Assembly (NCBI GenBank): GCA_021325315.1
Contig: JAJPHK010000054.1
Coordinates: 25,737 to 89,736 of the forward strand
From: Alphaproteobacteria bacterium
Lineage (GTDB): Bacteria; Pseudomonadota; Alphaproteobacteria; Rhizobiales; Xanthobacteraceae
DNA length: 64,000 nucleotides
Direction of reading: 5' to 3'
Shown here: piece by piece, positions 36,980 through 46,561 of the stretch
How positions within the stretch are numbered: position 1 is the stretch's first letter
Layout: every line of letters starts with the position of its first letter
Position numbers and translations under genes: made by a program
Notes under the pieces: model-generated
Databases searched by the model: none
The model's input: the letters and a program-made list of their open reading frames with translations, nothing else
Told to the model about the DNA's origin: nothing

Positions 36980-38758
36980 ATGCCCGTCCGCCAGCTCTCC
37001 GAGGCCGTCATCAACCGCATCGCCGCCGGCGAAGTGGTCGAGCGTCCGGCGTCGGTGGTGAAGGAGCTCGTGGAGAACGCGCTCGATGCGGGCGCGCGGC
37101 GGATCGAGGTCGTGCTTTCGGGCGGCGGCCAGCGGTTGATCCGCGTCACCGACGACGGCGCGGGCATGACGCCGCAGGACTTGCAGCTCGCGGTCGACCG
37201 GCACGCCACCTCGAAATTGCCGGACGACGATCTGAATTCCGTCTCCACCCTCGGCTTTCGCGGCGAGGCGCTTCCTTCCATCGGTGCGGTGGCGAAGTTG
37301 TCGATCATCACGCGCACGAAAGATGCGGCGAATGCATCTGAAATCGTCGTCGACGGCGGCAGGAAGGGCGCAGTGAGGCCAGCCGCGCTCGGCGCGGGCA
37401 CGCGCATCGAGGTGCGCGATCTTTTTTACGCGACGCCGGCGCGGCTGAAATTCATGAAATCCGAGCGCGCGGAAACAGCCACCGCGGTCGAAGCCGTGAA
37501 GCGGCTCGCACTCGCGCGGCCGGATGTGACCTTCGTGATTGCGGCGGAGGATCGCCCGCCGATCACCTACGCGGCGCAAAGCGACAGCGCCGAAGGCCGC
37601 CTCGCGCGTATGGCCGACGTGCTTGGCGCGGACCTGAAGGAAAACGCCATCGCCGTCGAAGGCGAGCGGGAAGGAGTGAAGCTCTCCGGCATCGCGGGCC
37701 TGCCCACTTTTTCGCGCGCGAACTCTTTGTCGCAGTATTTCTTCGTGAACGGCCGCCCGGTGCGCGACAAGGTTTTGCTCGGCGCGGTGCGGGGTGCTTA
37801 CGCCGACCTTTTGCACGGCGACCGCCACCCGGTCGTCGCACTGTTCGTCACGCTCGATCCGCGCGAGGTGGACGTGAACGTGCACCCGGCGAAAACCGAA
37901 GTACGCTTCCGCGATTCCGGACTCATCCGCGCGCTGATTGTTCGCAGCCTGCAGGATGCGCTTGGCACGGGGGCGCGGCGCGCGTCGACGACAGGTGCGA
38001 CGCGGCTCGTTTCTTTCGCGAGGCCGCATCGTGGCGCGCGCGGCCACGTCTCTTGGCGCGGCAGTGCGGCGTCTTTGCGCAGCGGTTTCGCTGAAGCCGC
38101 GCAGGAGGCTTTCGCGCATTTCGAGCCGTCGGCCGACGCGCGCCCGTCCTTCGCGCTGGCCGCTCCCGATCTGCTCGACAAGCCCTTGGGTGCCGCCCGC
38201 GCGCAGGTACACGAAACCTACATCGTCGCGCAGACGCGCGACGGGCTCGTGATCGTCGATCAGCACGCGGCGCATGAACGGCTTGTTTACGAGAAGCTGA
38301 AGGCCGCGATGGAGCGCGATGGCGTCGCACGCCAGATTTTGCTGGTACCGGCTGTGGTCGAACTTGGCCCCGACAACGCGGCGGCGCTCGTCGAGCGCGC
38401 CGCCGATCTCGCAAAGATGGGCCTTGTGATCGAGGCCTTCGGCTCCGGTGCGGTGCTCGTGCGCGAGCAGCCCGCGCTTTTGGGCGATACCGACATCGAA
38501 GCGCTCATCCGCGATCTCGCCGAGCATATGGCCGAATGGGATGCTGCTTTGCCGCTGGAGCGGCGCTTGCTCGCAGTCGCATCTTCAATGTCCTGCCACG
38601 GCTCGGTGCGGGCGGGGCGTCGCTTGAAGCCCGACGAGATGAACGCGCTTCTGCGGGAGATGGAAACGACCGACTACGCCGGACAATGCAATCACGGCCG
38701 GCCGACTTACATCGAGTTGAAGCTTTCCGACATCGAGAAATTATTCGGCCGGCGCTAG
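36980..38758 (+). CDS. mutL: DNA mismatch repair protein MutL
   Basis: [42 protein letters not shown] ATPase N-terminus and a C-terminal dimerisation domain. The start was set at ATG 36980. Confidence 0.93.
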   Translation: MPVRQLSEAVINRIAAGEVVERPASVVKELVENALDAGARRIEVVLSGGGQRLIRVTDDGAGMTPQDLQLAVDRHATSKLPDDDLNSVSTLGFRGEALPSIGAVAKLSIITRTKDAANASEIVVDGGRKGAVRPAALGAGTRIEVRDLFYATPARLKFMKSERAETATAVEAVKRLALARPDVTFVIAAEDRPPITYAAQSDSAEGRLARMADVLGADLKENAIAVEGEREGVKLSGIAGLPTFSRANSLSQYFFVNGRPVRDKVLLGAVRGAYADLLHGDRHPVVALFVTLDPREVDVNVHPAKTEVRFRDSGLIRALIVRSLQDALGTGARRASTTGATRLVSFARPHRGARGHVSWRGSAASLRSGFAEAAQEAFAHFEPSADARPSFALAAPDLLDKPLGAARAQVHETYIVAQTRDGLVIVDQHAAHERLVYEKLKAAMERDGVARQILLVPAVVELGPDNAAALVERAADLAKMGLVIEAFGSGAVLVREQPALLGDTDIEALIRDLAEHMAEWDAALPLERRLLAVASSMSCHGSVRAGRRLKPDEMNALLREMETTDYAGQCNHGRPTYIELKLSDIEKLFGRR

Positions 38759-39304
38759 CCGTGCGATGATGATTTCCGAGTCGCCGTATTCCCGCCGCTC
38801 CAGCTCCTCGAATCCTGCCGGCGTTTTGAATCCGGACTTCGCCGCTTCCTCGACAACAAGGAGGGCCGAGGGCGAAAGCCATTTTCCTTCGCGCAAACTC
38901 GCGAGCGATTGTTCAGCAAAGCCCTTGCCATAGGGCGGATCGCAAAAGGCGAGATCGAAAGGCGCGAGGGTGCCAGCCTCGCCCATCTTGGAAGCGTCAC
39001 GCCGGAAGATTTTGGTGACGCCCATGAGCGATAACATCTCGATATTCGCGCGAATGATTCCGCGCGCTTCCGCGCCTTCATCAACGAAAAGTGCGAACTT
39101 CGCGCCGCGCGACAGCGCTTCGAGGCCCAGCGCCCCGGTGCCGGCGAAAAGATCGAGCACGCGCGCGCCCGTGACCGGATCGCCATAGGCATGCGCGAGG
39201 ATGTTGAAGATCGACTCGCGCAGCTTGTCCGACGTCGGCCGGATCGCGTTCGAAGAGGGGCTTTTCAGCGTTCGCCCGCGAAACTGTCCTCCGACGATAC
39301 GCAT
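38741..39304 (-). CDS. rsmD: 16S rRNA (guanine966-N2)-methyltransferase
   Basis: [13 protein letters not shown]..., [19 protein letters not shown] and DPPY motifs. Confidence 0.9.
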   Translation of the reverse strand: MRIVGGQFRGRTLKSPSSNAIRPTSDKLRESIFNILAHAYGDPVTGARVLDLFAGTGALGLEALSRGAKFALFVDEGAEARGIIRANIEMLSLMGVTKIFRRDASKMGEAGTLAPFDLAFCDPPYGKGFAEQSLASLREGKWLSPSALLVVEEAAKSGFKTPAGFEELERREYGDSEIIIARLAPAE

Positions 39305-39347
39305 TCAGAAAATACCCTTGCAGGTGAGAACTTGCATAACCTCCCCC

Positions 39348-40307
39348 TCACTCTCGGTCGCGGTTTCGCAGCTTCCTTTTCCCTTTCCCCCTCCTGACAG
39401 GAGGGGGAGAGGGAGGGAAGGGGCGGCCGTGAGAGCGTGGTCCCTTCCGGGTGAAGAGCTGGTCCGAATGCGCGCCGGACTTCGAAGAAAGCTGCTTCCG
39501 ATAATCCGCCCGCGGCTCATCCGTCTTCTCCCTCTCTCTCGCCGGCGCTGAAAAATCCGCGCCCGAAAGCCGCACGATTTTCTCGCCCAGCTGTTCGCGC
39601 AGCACGCGCGAAGCCACTTCGTCCACTTCACCCGGCTTCAGCTCGCCCAATTGAAATGGCCCGTAGGAAACCCGGATGAGCCGGTTCACGACGAGCCCGA
39701 GCGCGCCCAGCACGTTTCGTACCTCGCGATTCTTTCCCTCGCGCAGCGTCATGGTGAGCCAGACATTCGCGCCTTGTTCACGGTCGAGTACGGCCTTGAT
39801 CGGCCCGTATTCGACACCGTCGACGGTGATCCCTTTCGCGAGCCGGTCGAGCGCCTCCTGCGTCACGCGGCCGTTCGCGCGCACGCGATAGCGCCGCTGC
39901 CAGCCGGTTTGCGGCAATTCCAGCACGCGCTTGAGTCCGCCGTCATTGGTGAGGAGCAGCAGGCCCTCGCTGTTGAGATCGAGCCTCCCGACGGAGACGA
40001 CGCGCGGCAGATGCGATGGCAAGGCCGCGAACACGGTCGCGCGCTCGCGCTCGTCGCGGTTGGTCGTCACGAGGCCTTTCGGCTTGTGATACAGAAACAG
40101 CCGGGTGCGCTCGCGCAACGGCAGCGGCTTGCCGTCGACAAGAACCCGGTCGCGCGGCGACACGGTAAACGCGGGCGTGGCGAGCGTCTCGCCGTTCACC
40201 GCGACGCGCCCCGCCAGAATCCATGTTTCCGCTTCGCGCCGGGAGCAAAGCCCGGCGCGCGCCATGACCTTGGCAATGCGCTCTTTATCGTCAGGCTTGC
40301 GATTCAT
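39348..40307 (-). CDS. rluB: Pseudouridine synthase, RluB/RsuA family, with a basic C-terminal tail
   Basis: S4 domain (RIAKVMARAGLCSRREAE) and catalytic GRLDLNSEGLLLLTNDG. The start was set at ATG 40307; the listed longer ORF runs antisense through tadA. Confidence 0.85.
   Translation of the reverse strand: MNRKPDDKERIAKVMARAGLCSRREAETWILAGRVAVNGETLATPAFTVSPRDRVLVDGKPLPLRERTRLFLYHKPKGLVTTNRDERERATVFAALPSHLPRVVSVGRLDLNSEGLLLLTNDGGLKRVLELPQTGWQRRYRVRANGRVTQEALDRLAKGITVDGVEYGPIKAVLDREQGANVWLTMTLREGKNREVRNVLGALGLVVNRLIRVSYGPFQLGELKPGEVDEVASRVLREQLGEKIVRLSGADFSAPAREREKTDEPRADYRKQLSSKSGAHSDQLFTRKGPRSHGRPFPPSPPPVRRGKGKRKLRNRDRE
39377..39417. repeat. Polypyrimidine/polypurine inverted repeat (19-bp hairpin) inside the 3' end of rluB
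   Basis: TTTTCCCTTTCCCCCTCCT GAC AGGAGGGGGAGAGGGAGGG. The core has 10 perfect bp. The outer part pairs with G.U wobble only in plus-strand RNA. Confidence 0.7.
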
Positions 40308-40358
40308 GGTGCGTACGTGCAAAGCGAGGCGTCTTAGCATGAAGGTTTCATAAAGCGA

Positions 40359-40826
40359 ATGAGCGCGCCGAAAACCGTCAATCCGAAATTCATGGACGAG
40401 GCGCTGGAAATCGCCGCCGCGGCGGAACGCGCGGGCGAAGTGCCGGTCGGCGCGCTGGTGGTGAAGGACGGTGAAATCGTTGCGCGCGCCGGCAATCGCA
40501 CCTTGCGCGACCGCGATCCGACGGCGCATGCCGAAATGCTGGCGTTGCGCGAGGCCGCGAAGAAGCTGAGCACCGAGCGTCTTTCTGATTGCGACCTTTA
40601 TGTCACGCTCGAACCCTGCACGATGTGCACGGCCGCGATTTCCTTCGCGCGCATCCGCCGCCTCTATTACGGCGCCTCCGATCCGAAGGGCGGCGCGATC
40701 GAATCTGGGGTGCGGTTTTTCGCGTCGCCGACCTGTCATCACAGGCCCGAGGTCTATGGCGGGATCCAGGAAGCGCGCGCCGGCGAACTTTTGCGCGGGT
40801 TTTTTCGCAGGCGTCGGGGGCCTTAG
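40359..40826 (+). CDS. tadA: tRNA-specific adenosine deaminase
   Basis: CMP/dCMP deaminase zinc motifs HAEMLALREA and PCTMCTAAI. Confidence 0.9.
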   Translation: MSAPKTVNPKFMDEALEIAAAAERAGEVPVGALVVKDGEIVARAGNRTLRDRDPTAHAEMLALREAAKKLSTERLSDCDLYVTLEPCTMCTAAISFARIRRLYYGASDPKGGAIESGVRFFASPTCHHRPEVYGGIQEARAGELLRGFFRRRRGP

Positions 40827-40871
40827 TTTCCGCTTAAAGTTGCGCTAGAGTTTTCGGAACTGGAGGGGCGT

Positions 40872-41150
40872 ATGCCGAAAATCCAGCCCGACAAGGTTCA
40901 AGACCTGATCCAGCACGTCAAGGAAAACGCCGACGCACTGGAGAAGAAGGGCGTCGACAAGGAAGCGCTCGACGCGCATATCGCAAAGCTCGAAGCGGAG
41001 ATGAAAAAGCCCGAGCCCGATCACGGCGCGGTGGCCGATACGCTCGCGGCGATCGAGACCACCGTCGGCAAGGCCGAGCAGAATATGATCTCGAGGGGCG
41101 TGTTTCAGTTATTGAATCAGATTTTCGGCACCGGCGTGCCGAATCCTTAA
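40872..41150 (+). CDS. Hypothetical small helical protein (92 aa)
   Basis: Intact ORF with coding-like composition. No family confidently recognised. Confidence 0.5.
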   Translation: MPKIQPDKVQDLIQHVKENADALEKKGVDKEALDAHIAKLEAEMKKPEPDHGAVADTLAAIETTVGKAEQNMISRGVFQLLNQIFGTGVPNP

Positions 41151-41222
41151 CGCCAGCGTTCTGGGTTTCCGGGCCTGCCTACGGTTCGATCTCCGGGATG
41201 ACGCGCAGGTTACTGCGACTAC

Positions 41223-41495
41223 TCAAGCAGGGCGTTCAAAGTTGTAACTCAAACCTGAGATGACCGCGCCTAAACCGAAAAGGATCATTCCACCGATCCA
41301 AAAAAGTAAGCCAAGAACCATGTAAGCGGACGTTCCGACACCGACCGAACCGCTTAGGGCGAGGTACGAGCCGGTATTGAGAAACAGCCCTATAATTCCC
41401 CATAACCAAAAACATAATGCACAAAATGTTCTGCCTCCTGAACTGAAGGCTGTGATCTGCGCGGCTTTTGTAAATTCTGCCATTGTTCCCCCCAT
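41223..41495 (-). CDS. Hypothetical small membrane protein (about 3 TM segments)
   Basis: Hydrophobic segments CALCFWLWGIIGLFL and MVLGLLFWIGGMILFGLGAVI. Confidence 0.5.
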   Translation of the reverse strand: MGGTMAEFTKAAQITAFSSGGRTFCALCFWLWGIIGLFLNTGSYLALSGSVGVGTSAYMVLGLLFWIGGMILFGLGAVISGLSYNFERPA

Positions 41496-41539
41496 AGTTG
41501 AGGGAAACTATAGCTGTTCGCTGTGTCTCCGTCAGGTGA

Positions 41540-42439
41540 CTAGCGGAAAAACGCCAGCATCGCCTTCGCCGTATCCTCCGGATTTTCTTCCGCGAGGAAA
41601 TGCCCGCTTTTGATCGGGCCGCCTATGACGTTCACCGCCCATTTCCGCCAAACGTCGAGCGGGTTCGCGCCCTTCGACGGAATGCCGCTCTCGCCCCAGA
41701 GCGCGAGCATCGGGCATTGGATTTTCCGGCCCGCCGCAGCATCCGCTTCGTCGTTCTTCAAATCCGTCGTCGCGCCCGCGCGATAGTCCTCGCAGCTCGC
41801 ATGCAGCCGCGCGGGCTGCGAGAAGGCGGCGCGGTAGTGCTCCAGCGCGCGCGGATCGAAGACGGATAAATTGTGCTCGCCGTTCCACGCGGAAATTTTC
41901 CATTCAAGATATTCGACGGGCATGTGCCCGATCATTTTTTCGGGAAGGGGGTAAGGCTGGGCGAGAAATGTCCAGTGAAAGATTTTCATGGCGCTTACGG
42001 GCGTGAGCGCATGCCACATCTGATGCGTGGGCACGATATCGAGCGTGCAGAGCTTCGAAAGCCGTTCGGGATGATCGAGCGCGAGCCGATACGCCACACG
42101 CCCGCCGCGGTCGTGACCCGCAAGCGCGAACTTCTTGTGACCGAGTTTTTCCATCAATTCGACCATTGCCTTCGCCATCGAGCGCTTGTCGTAGGGCGCG
42201 TGGCCTTCGCGCGATTCCGGCGTGTCGCTTTGGCCGTAGCCGGGAAGATCGGCGATCACGAGCTGAAAGTTATTGTCGAGCAGCGGCGCGAGCCGGTGCC
42301 ACATCACAGTCGATTGCGGGTATCCGTGCAGAAGGAGAAGCGGCGCGCCCAAGCCGCCGATCCGCGCGAAAATCTTTCCGGCGCTGGTTTCGACGAATTT
42401 GGAATCGTAGCGGGGGAAAAGGTCAGCGAGTTTGGTCAT
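41540..42439 (-). CDS. Alpha/beta hydrolase of the haloacetate/fluoroacetate dehalogenase family
   Basis: LLLLHGYPQS, nucleophile elbow GHDRGGRVAYR, the FHWTFLAQP motif and CEDYRAG. The start was set at ATG 42439; the upstream ORF extension is translated repeat sequence. Confidence 0.8.
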   Translation of the reverse strand: MTKLADLFPRYDSKFVETSAGKIFARIGGLGAPLLLLHGYPQSTVMWHRLAPLLDNNFQLVIADLPGYGQSDTPESREGHAPYDKRSMAKAMVELMEKLGHKKFALAGHDRGGRVAYRLALDHPERLSKLCTLDIVPTHQMWHALTPVSAMKIFHWTFLAQPYPLPEKMIGHMPVEYLEWKISAWNGEHNLSVFDPRALEHYRAAFSQPARLHASCEDYRAGATTDLKNDEADAAAGRKIQCPMLALWGESGIPSKGANPLDVWRKWAVNVIGGPIKSGHFLAEENPEDTAKAMLAFFR

Positions 42440-42459
42440 GGCGTCTCCGTATTCATCAC

Positions 42460-42568
42460 CGTCATGCCCGGCTTTATGCCGGGCATCCACGCCTTTCTTC
42501 ATGACGGCCAAGACGTGGATGGCCGGGACTTCAGGCGCGAAGATGCGCCTTTCGCCCGGCCATGACGA
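42460..42568. repeat. Nested palindromic intergenic repeat (REP-like, the 'PGHDE'-type element common in Rhizobiales)
   Basis: Hairpins: ATGCCCGGC-TTTAT-GCCGGGCAT (42464-42486); ATCCACG...CGTGGAT (42485-42520); GGCCGGG...CCCGGCC enclosing AGGCGC-GAAGAT-GCGCCT (42521-42561). Confidence 0.75.
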
Positions 42569-42588
42569 ATGGGAATTGTCTGGAGAGA

Positions 42589-43842
42589 CTAAACCGCCCG
42601 CCAGCCGATGTCGCGGCGGCAGAAGCCCTCGGGCCAGTCGATCAGGTCGACCGCCTGATAAGCGCGCGTCTGCGCTTCCTTTACGGTCTTGCCCAGCGCC
42701 GTCACATTCAGAACGCGCCCGCCCGCAGCGAGCAATTTGCCGTCCTCGCGCTTGGTGCCGGCGTGAAAGATCGTGACGTCCTCGGCCCGCGCCGCTCTAT
42801 CGAGCCCGCGAATTTCCGAGCCGGATTTGTAACTGCCGGGATAGCCTCTGGTCGCGAGCACGACCGTGATCGCCACTTCGTCCCGCCAGCGTACGCTCAT
42901 TTTATCGAGCGTTCTGTCGCAGGCGGCTAACATCAGCGTGAGCAGATCGTCCTTCAGGCGCGGCATCAGCACCTGGCATTCGGGATCGCCGAAGCGGACA
43001 TTGTATTCGATGAGCTTCGGTCCATCCTCCGTGATCATCAGCCCGGCATAAAGAACGCCGCGATAGGGCGTTCCCGCTTTCGCAAGCGCGCGCGCAGTCG
43101 GACACACGATCTCCGCTAACGTCCGCTGTTCGATTTCCGGCGTGAACACGGGCGCGGGCGAATAGGCACCCATGCCGCCGGTGTTCGGGCCCTTGTCGCC
43201 GTCAAAGACGCGCTTGTGATCCTGCGCGGAAGTGAGTGGCAAAACCGTTTCGCCGTCGACAAAGCAGAAATAGCTCGCCTCCTCGCCTTGCAGAAATTCC
43301 TCGATTACAACCGGCTCGTTCGATCCCATCGCGAACACCTGATCGAGCGCGGCAATCGCTTCTTCTTTCGTCATCGCGACGACGACGCCCTTTCCCGCAT
43401 GCAAGCCGTCGGCTTTCAGCACGATCGGCGCGCCATGCAGATCGAGATATTGTTTCGCAGCCGCTTTGTCGCGAAACTCGGCATAGCCCGCCGTCGGAAT
43501 ATTGTTCTCGACGCAAAGCTGCTTCGTGAACGACTTCGATCCTTCGAGTTTCGCCGCCGCCGCGCTTGGCCCGAACGCCTTGATCTTCGCCCCGCTCAAG
43601 CGATCGACGAGGCCCGCGACGAGCGGCGCCTCCGGCCCGACCACGACCAGATCGATCTTTTTCTCCTTGCAGAATGTCTCCACTGCCGCATTGTCGCTTA
43701 TTTTCAGATCGACGAGATCGGCTTCTTCCGCGATGCCCGGATTGCCCGGCGCGGCATAAAGCTTGGTCAGAAGCGGACTCGAAGCGAGCTTCCATGCCAG
43801 CGCATGTTCGCGCCCGCCGGAGCCGAGAAGAAGGACTTTCAT
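42589..43842 (-). CDS. purD: Phosphoribosylamine--glycine ligase
   Basis: [19 protein letters not shown]... canonical N-terminus and an ATP-grasp body. Confidence 0.93.
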   Translation of the reverse strand: MKVLLLGSGGREHALAWKLASSPLLTKLYAAPGNPGIAEEADLVDLKISDNAAVETFCKEKKIDLVVVGPEAPLVAGLVDRLSGAKIKAFGPSAAAAKLEGSKSFTKQLCVENNIPTAGYAEFRDKAAAKQYLDLHGAPIVLKADGLHAGKGVVVAMTKEEAIAALDQVFAMGSNEPVVIEEFLQGEEASYFCFVDGETVLPLTSAQDHKRVFDGDKGPNTGGMGAYSPAPVFTPEIEQRTLAEIVCPTARALAKAGTPYRGVLYAGLMITEDGPKLIEYNVRFGDPECQVLMPRLKDDLLTLMLAACDRTLDKMSVRWRDEVAITVVLATRGYPGSYKSGSEIRGLDRAARAEDVTIFHAGTKREDGKLLAAGGRVLNVTALGKTVKEAQTRAYQAVDLIDWPEGFCRRDIGWRAV

Positions 43843-43892
43843 GCCGCGTTCCCTGCCTGTATCGCCTTGCGGCGCTGATGTAGCATAGGCTT

Positions 43893-45293
43893 ATGCGAGT
43901 CACCGAAACCATCGTGGTCGCGTCCACGGAAATCCGCACGAACCTCCGCGAGCTCACGGTCTCTGAGCTTTCGGCGGAGTTGAAGCGCACGGTCGAGGAA
44001 AATTTCTCCTATGTGCGGCTTCGCGGCGAGATCCTGAATTACCGGGGACCGCATTCCTCCGGACACGTCTATTTCTGCCTCAAGGACGCGGGTGCCCGGA
44101 TCGATGCGATCATCTGGAAGGGGAATTTCTCGCGCCTCAAATTCAAGCCGGAAGAAGGCCTTGAAGTCGTCGTCACCGGCAAAGTCACGACCTATCCGGG
44201 GAAATCCACCTATCAGATCGTAATCGACAGTCTCGAGCCTGCGGGCGCGGGCGCGTTGATGGCGCTCCTCGAAGAGCGCAAGAAAAAGCTCAAGGCCGAA
44301 GGCCTGTTCGATGAGGCGCGCAAGAAGCCGCTGCCGTATCTGCCGCGCGTGATAGGCGTCGTGACGTCGCCGACCGGCGCGGTGATTCGCGATATCCTGC
44401 ATCGGCTGACCGACCGCTTTCCCCGTCAGGTTCTCGTCTGGCCGGTACGCGTGCAGGGCGAGACTTGCGCGGCGGAAGTGGCGGCGGCGATCGAGGGCTT
44501 CAATGCGCTGGAAGCGGGCGGCGCGGTTCCTCGTCCCGACGTATTGATTGTCGCGCGCGGCGGCGGCTCGCTCGAGGATTTGTGGGGCTTCAACGAGGAA
44601 ATCGTCGCCCGCGCCGCCGCCGCGAGCGAAATCCCGCTGATTTCCGCCGTCGGCCACGAGACGGATTTTACGCTGATCGACTTTGTTTCCGACCGCCGCG
44701 CGCCGACGCCGACCGCGGCGGCCGAGCTCGCTGTCCCCGTGCGCGCCGAGCTTATAGCGGCGACGGCAAGCCACGCGGCACGGCTTTCCGGCTGCCTGCG
44801 GCGCTATTTCGACCGGCTGAAAAGCGAATTGCGCGGGCTCGCGCGCGGTGTGCCGTCGCTCGACGCCATTCTTTCCATGCCTCGCCAGAGACTGGATACG
44901 CTTGGCGATCGCCTGCCGCGTGCGCTGCGCGCGAATGCGCATCAACATCGCGTCGATTTCACCCGCGCTGCCGGCCGCCTCACGCCGTCGAGCCTGCGCG
45001 CGAAGCTGGAACGATTGCGCGACCGCGTGCGTTCCTGCGCACAGCTCGTCGAGGCCTACAGCTATCACAAGGTTTTGAACCGCGGCTTTGCACTGGTGCG
45101 TGACGCCGCGGGCGCGCCGATTCGCGCCGCGGCGGCAATCAGTACCGGCGACCGGCTCGAGATTGAATTTTCCGATGGCCGCATTGGCGCCGTCGCGGAT
45201 TCCCGAGCGCCGACGCGCAGCAAGGCAAAAGAGCCTGCCAAAGCGGGGAAAAAAAGCGGCGAAAAGGACGGACAGGGCGGGCTTTTCGATTAG
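43893..45293 (+). CDS. xseA: Exodeoxyribonuclease VII large subunit
   Basis: OB-fold N-terminus ([25 protein letters not shown]) and catalytic region ([15 protein letters not shown]). Confidence 0.9.
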   Translation: MRVTETIVVASTEIRTNLRELTVSELSAELKRTVEENFSYVRLRGEILNYRGPHSSGHVYFCLKDAGARIDAIIWKGNFSRLKFKPEEGLEVVVTGKVTTYPGKSTYQIVIDSLEPAGAGALMALLEERKKKLKAEGLFDEARKKPLPYLPRVIGVVTSPTGAVIRDILHRLTDRFPRQVLVWPVRVQGETCAAEVAAAIEGFNALEAGGAVPRPDVLIVARGGGSLEDLWGFNEEIVARAAAASEIPLISAVGHETDFTLIDFVSDRRAPTPTAAAELAVPVRAELIAATASHAARLSGCLRRYFDRLKSELRGLARGVPSLDAILSMPRQRLDTLGDRLPRALRANAHQHRVDFTRAAGRLTPSSLRAKLERLRDRVRSCAQLVEAYSYHKVLNRGFALVRDAAGAPIRAAAAISTGDRLEIEFSDGRIGAVADSRAPTRSKAKEPAKAGKKSGEKDGQGGLFD

Positions 45294-45334
45294 CTCTGGT
45301 CAGTCGCGCCGCGAATGACTATCTTGCTGTTTCC

Positions 45335-45559
45335 ATGAACCGTTTCGAGCGTATCCCCCTTGCCGTCGGCGAGGCCCAGCTTCGTTATCTTGACGGCGAC
45401 TACCGCATTGTCCGTCCGGGCAGCTATGTGCGCTGCGCGGTTACGGGCGATGCGATTCCGCTCGATGAGCTGAAATACTGGAGCGTGGAGCGGCAGGAGG
45501 CCTATGTGAGTCCCGAAGCCGTGATGCAGCGATTCGGTGCCGATCTCAAGAAGAGCTGA
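45335..45559 (+). CDS. DUF2093-like small protein
   Basis: 74 aa with the conserved pattern LRYLDGDYRIVRPGSYVRCAVTG...YWSVERQEAY. Confidence 0.65.
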   Translation: MNRFERIPLAVGEAQLRYLDGDYRIVRPGSYVRCAVTGDAIPLDELKYWSVERQEAYVSPEAVMQRFGADLKKS

Positions 45560-46561
45560 TTAGCGGCGCGAGAGCGCCATTTTTAAAAGCCGCTTCAGCG
45601 CGGCTTCATCTTCAAACCGAAGTTCGATGGGAAGAGCGCGGCTCGCCGCCGCGATTTCCTCGAGCGCGGGGTTCTTTCGCATCCGCGCATGGTCCTTCTC
45701 GGTCGTGACGAGCGTGAGTTTTCGCGCGCGGGCGGTTTCCAGCAACTCGCGCGCCTCGTTTTCCGAAAAAACGTGGTGATCTGGAAATTCGCAGCGCTCG
45801 ACGACACGGCAGCCGGCTGTTTCGAGTGTCGCGAAAAACTTCGTCGGCCGCCCGATGCCCGCATAGGCGAGTACGTTTTCGCCTTTGATCTTCTCCGATA
45901 CGCCCGCATCGGGGGCGATCCGTGCGCGCAAAACGGCTTTCCCTTGCACAGCCGCCTGTCGCGCGACTTTTTCGCCAGCCTCGCCGCCGCCGACCAGCAC
46001 GATGCCGTGTGCGCGATCGACCTGAGCGGCGAGCGGCGCCCGCAGCGGCCCTGCCGGAAATACGGAACCGTTCCCGATCCCGTTCGCCGCATCGACTATC
46101 AGCAAGGAAAGGTCCTTGGCGAGCGCCGGATTCTGAAATCCGTCATCCATCACGATGACGCTTGCGCCGGATTGCGCCGCGCGGCTTGCGCCCGCAACGC
46201 GGTCGGCGGAAACGACAACCGGTGCGACAGCGGCGAGCAAAAGCGGCTCGTCGCCGACATCTTCCGCGCCATGACGATTGAAGTCGACGACTACCGGCCC
46301 CGCTTCGCGCCCGCCATAGCCGCGGGTCAAGAAAAACGGTTTCTCGTTTTCCTCAAGCAGCAATTTCGCAATCGCGATCGCCGTCGGCGTCTTGCCCGCG
46401 CCGCCCAGCGTCGGATCGCCGATGCAAATCACCGGCACGGCGGCCCGCGCTCCCGTGCGCTTCAATCGCGCTCCCGCGATTGCGCTGTAGATCGCGCCCA
46501 AGGGCGCAAGCGCGGCGGAAGCGAGTCCCGGCGCTTTCCACCAGAAATCGGGTGCCCGCAT
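45560..46561 (-). CDS. lpxK: Tetraacyldisaccharide 4'-kinase
   Basis: P-loop (IGDPTLGGAGKTP) and the RGYGG motif. Downstream of waaA, sharing 1 nt. Confidence 0.9.
   Translation of the reverse strand: MRAPDFWWKAPGLASAALAPLGAIYSAIAGARLKRTGARAAVPVICIGDPTLGGAGKTPTAIAIAKLLLEENEKPFFLTRGYGGREAGPVVVDFNRHGAEDVGDEPLLLAAVAPVVVSADRVAGASRAAQSGASVIVMDDGFQNPALAKDLSLLIVDAANGIGNGSVFPAGPLRAPLAAQVDRAHGIVLVGGGEAGEKVARQAAVQGKAVLRARIAPDAGVSEKIKGENVLAYAGIGRPTKFFATLETAGCRVVERCEFPDHHVFSENEARELLETARARKLTLVTTEKDHARMRKNPALEEIAAASRALPIELRFEDEAALKRLLKMALSRR

Noticed and set aside
35611-38527. Two overlapping long minus-strand ORFs (598 aa at 35611-37407 and 581 aa at 36782-38527)
   Set aside because: They are antisense to pgi and mutL, both of which have unambiguous signatures. 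The composition is Arg-rich and low-complexity, so they are shadow ORFs.
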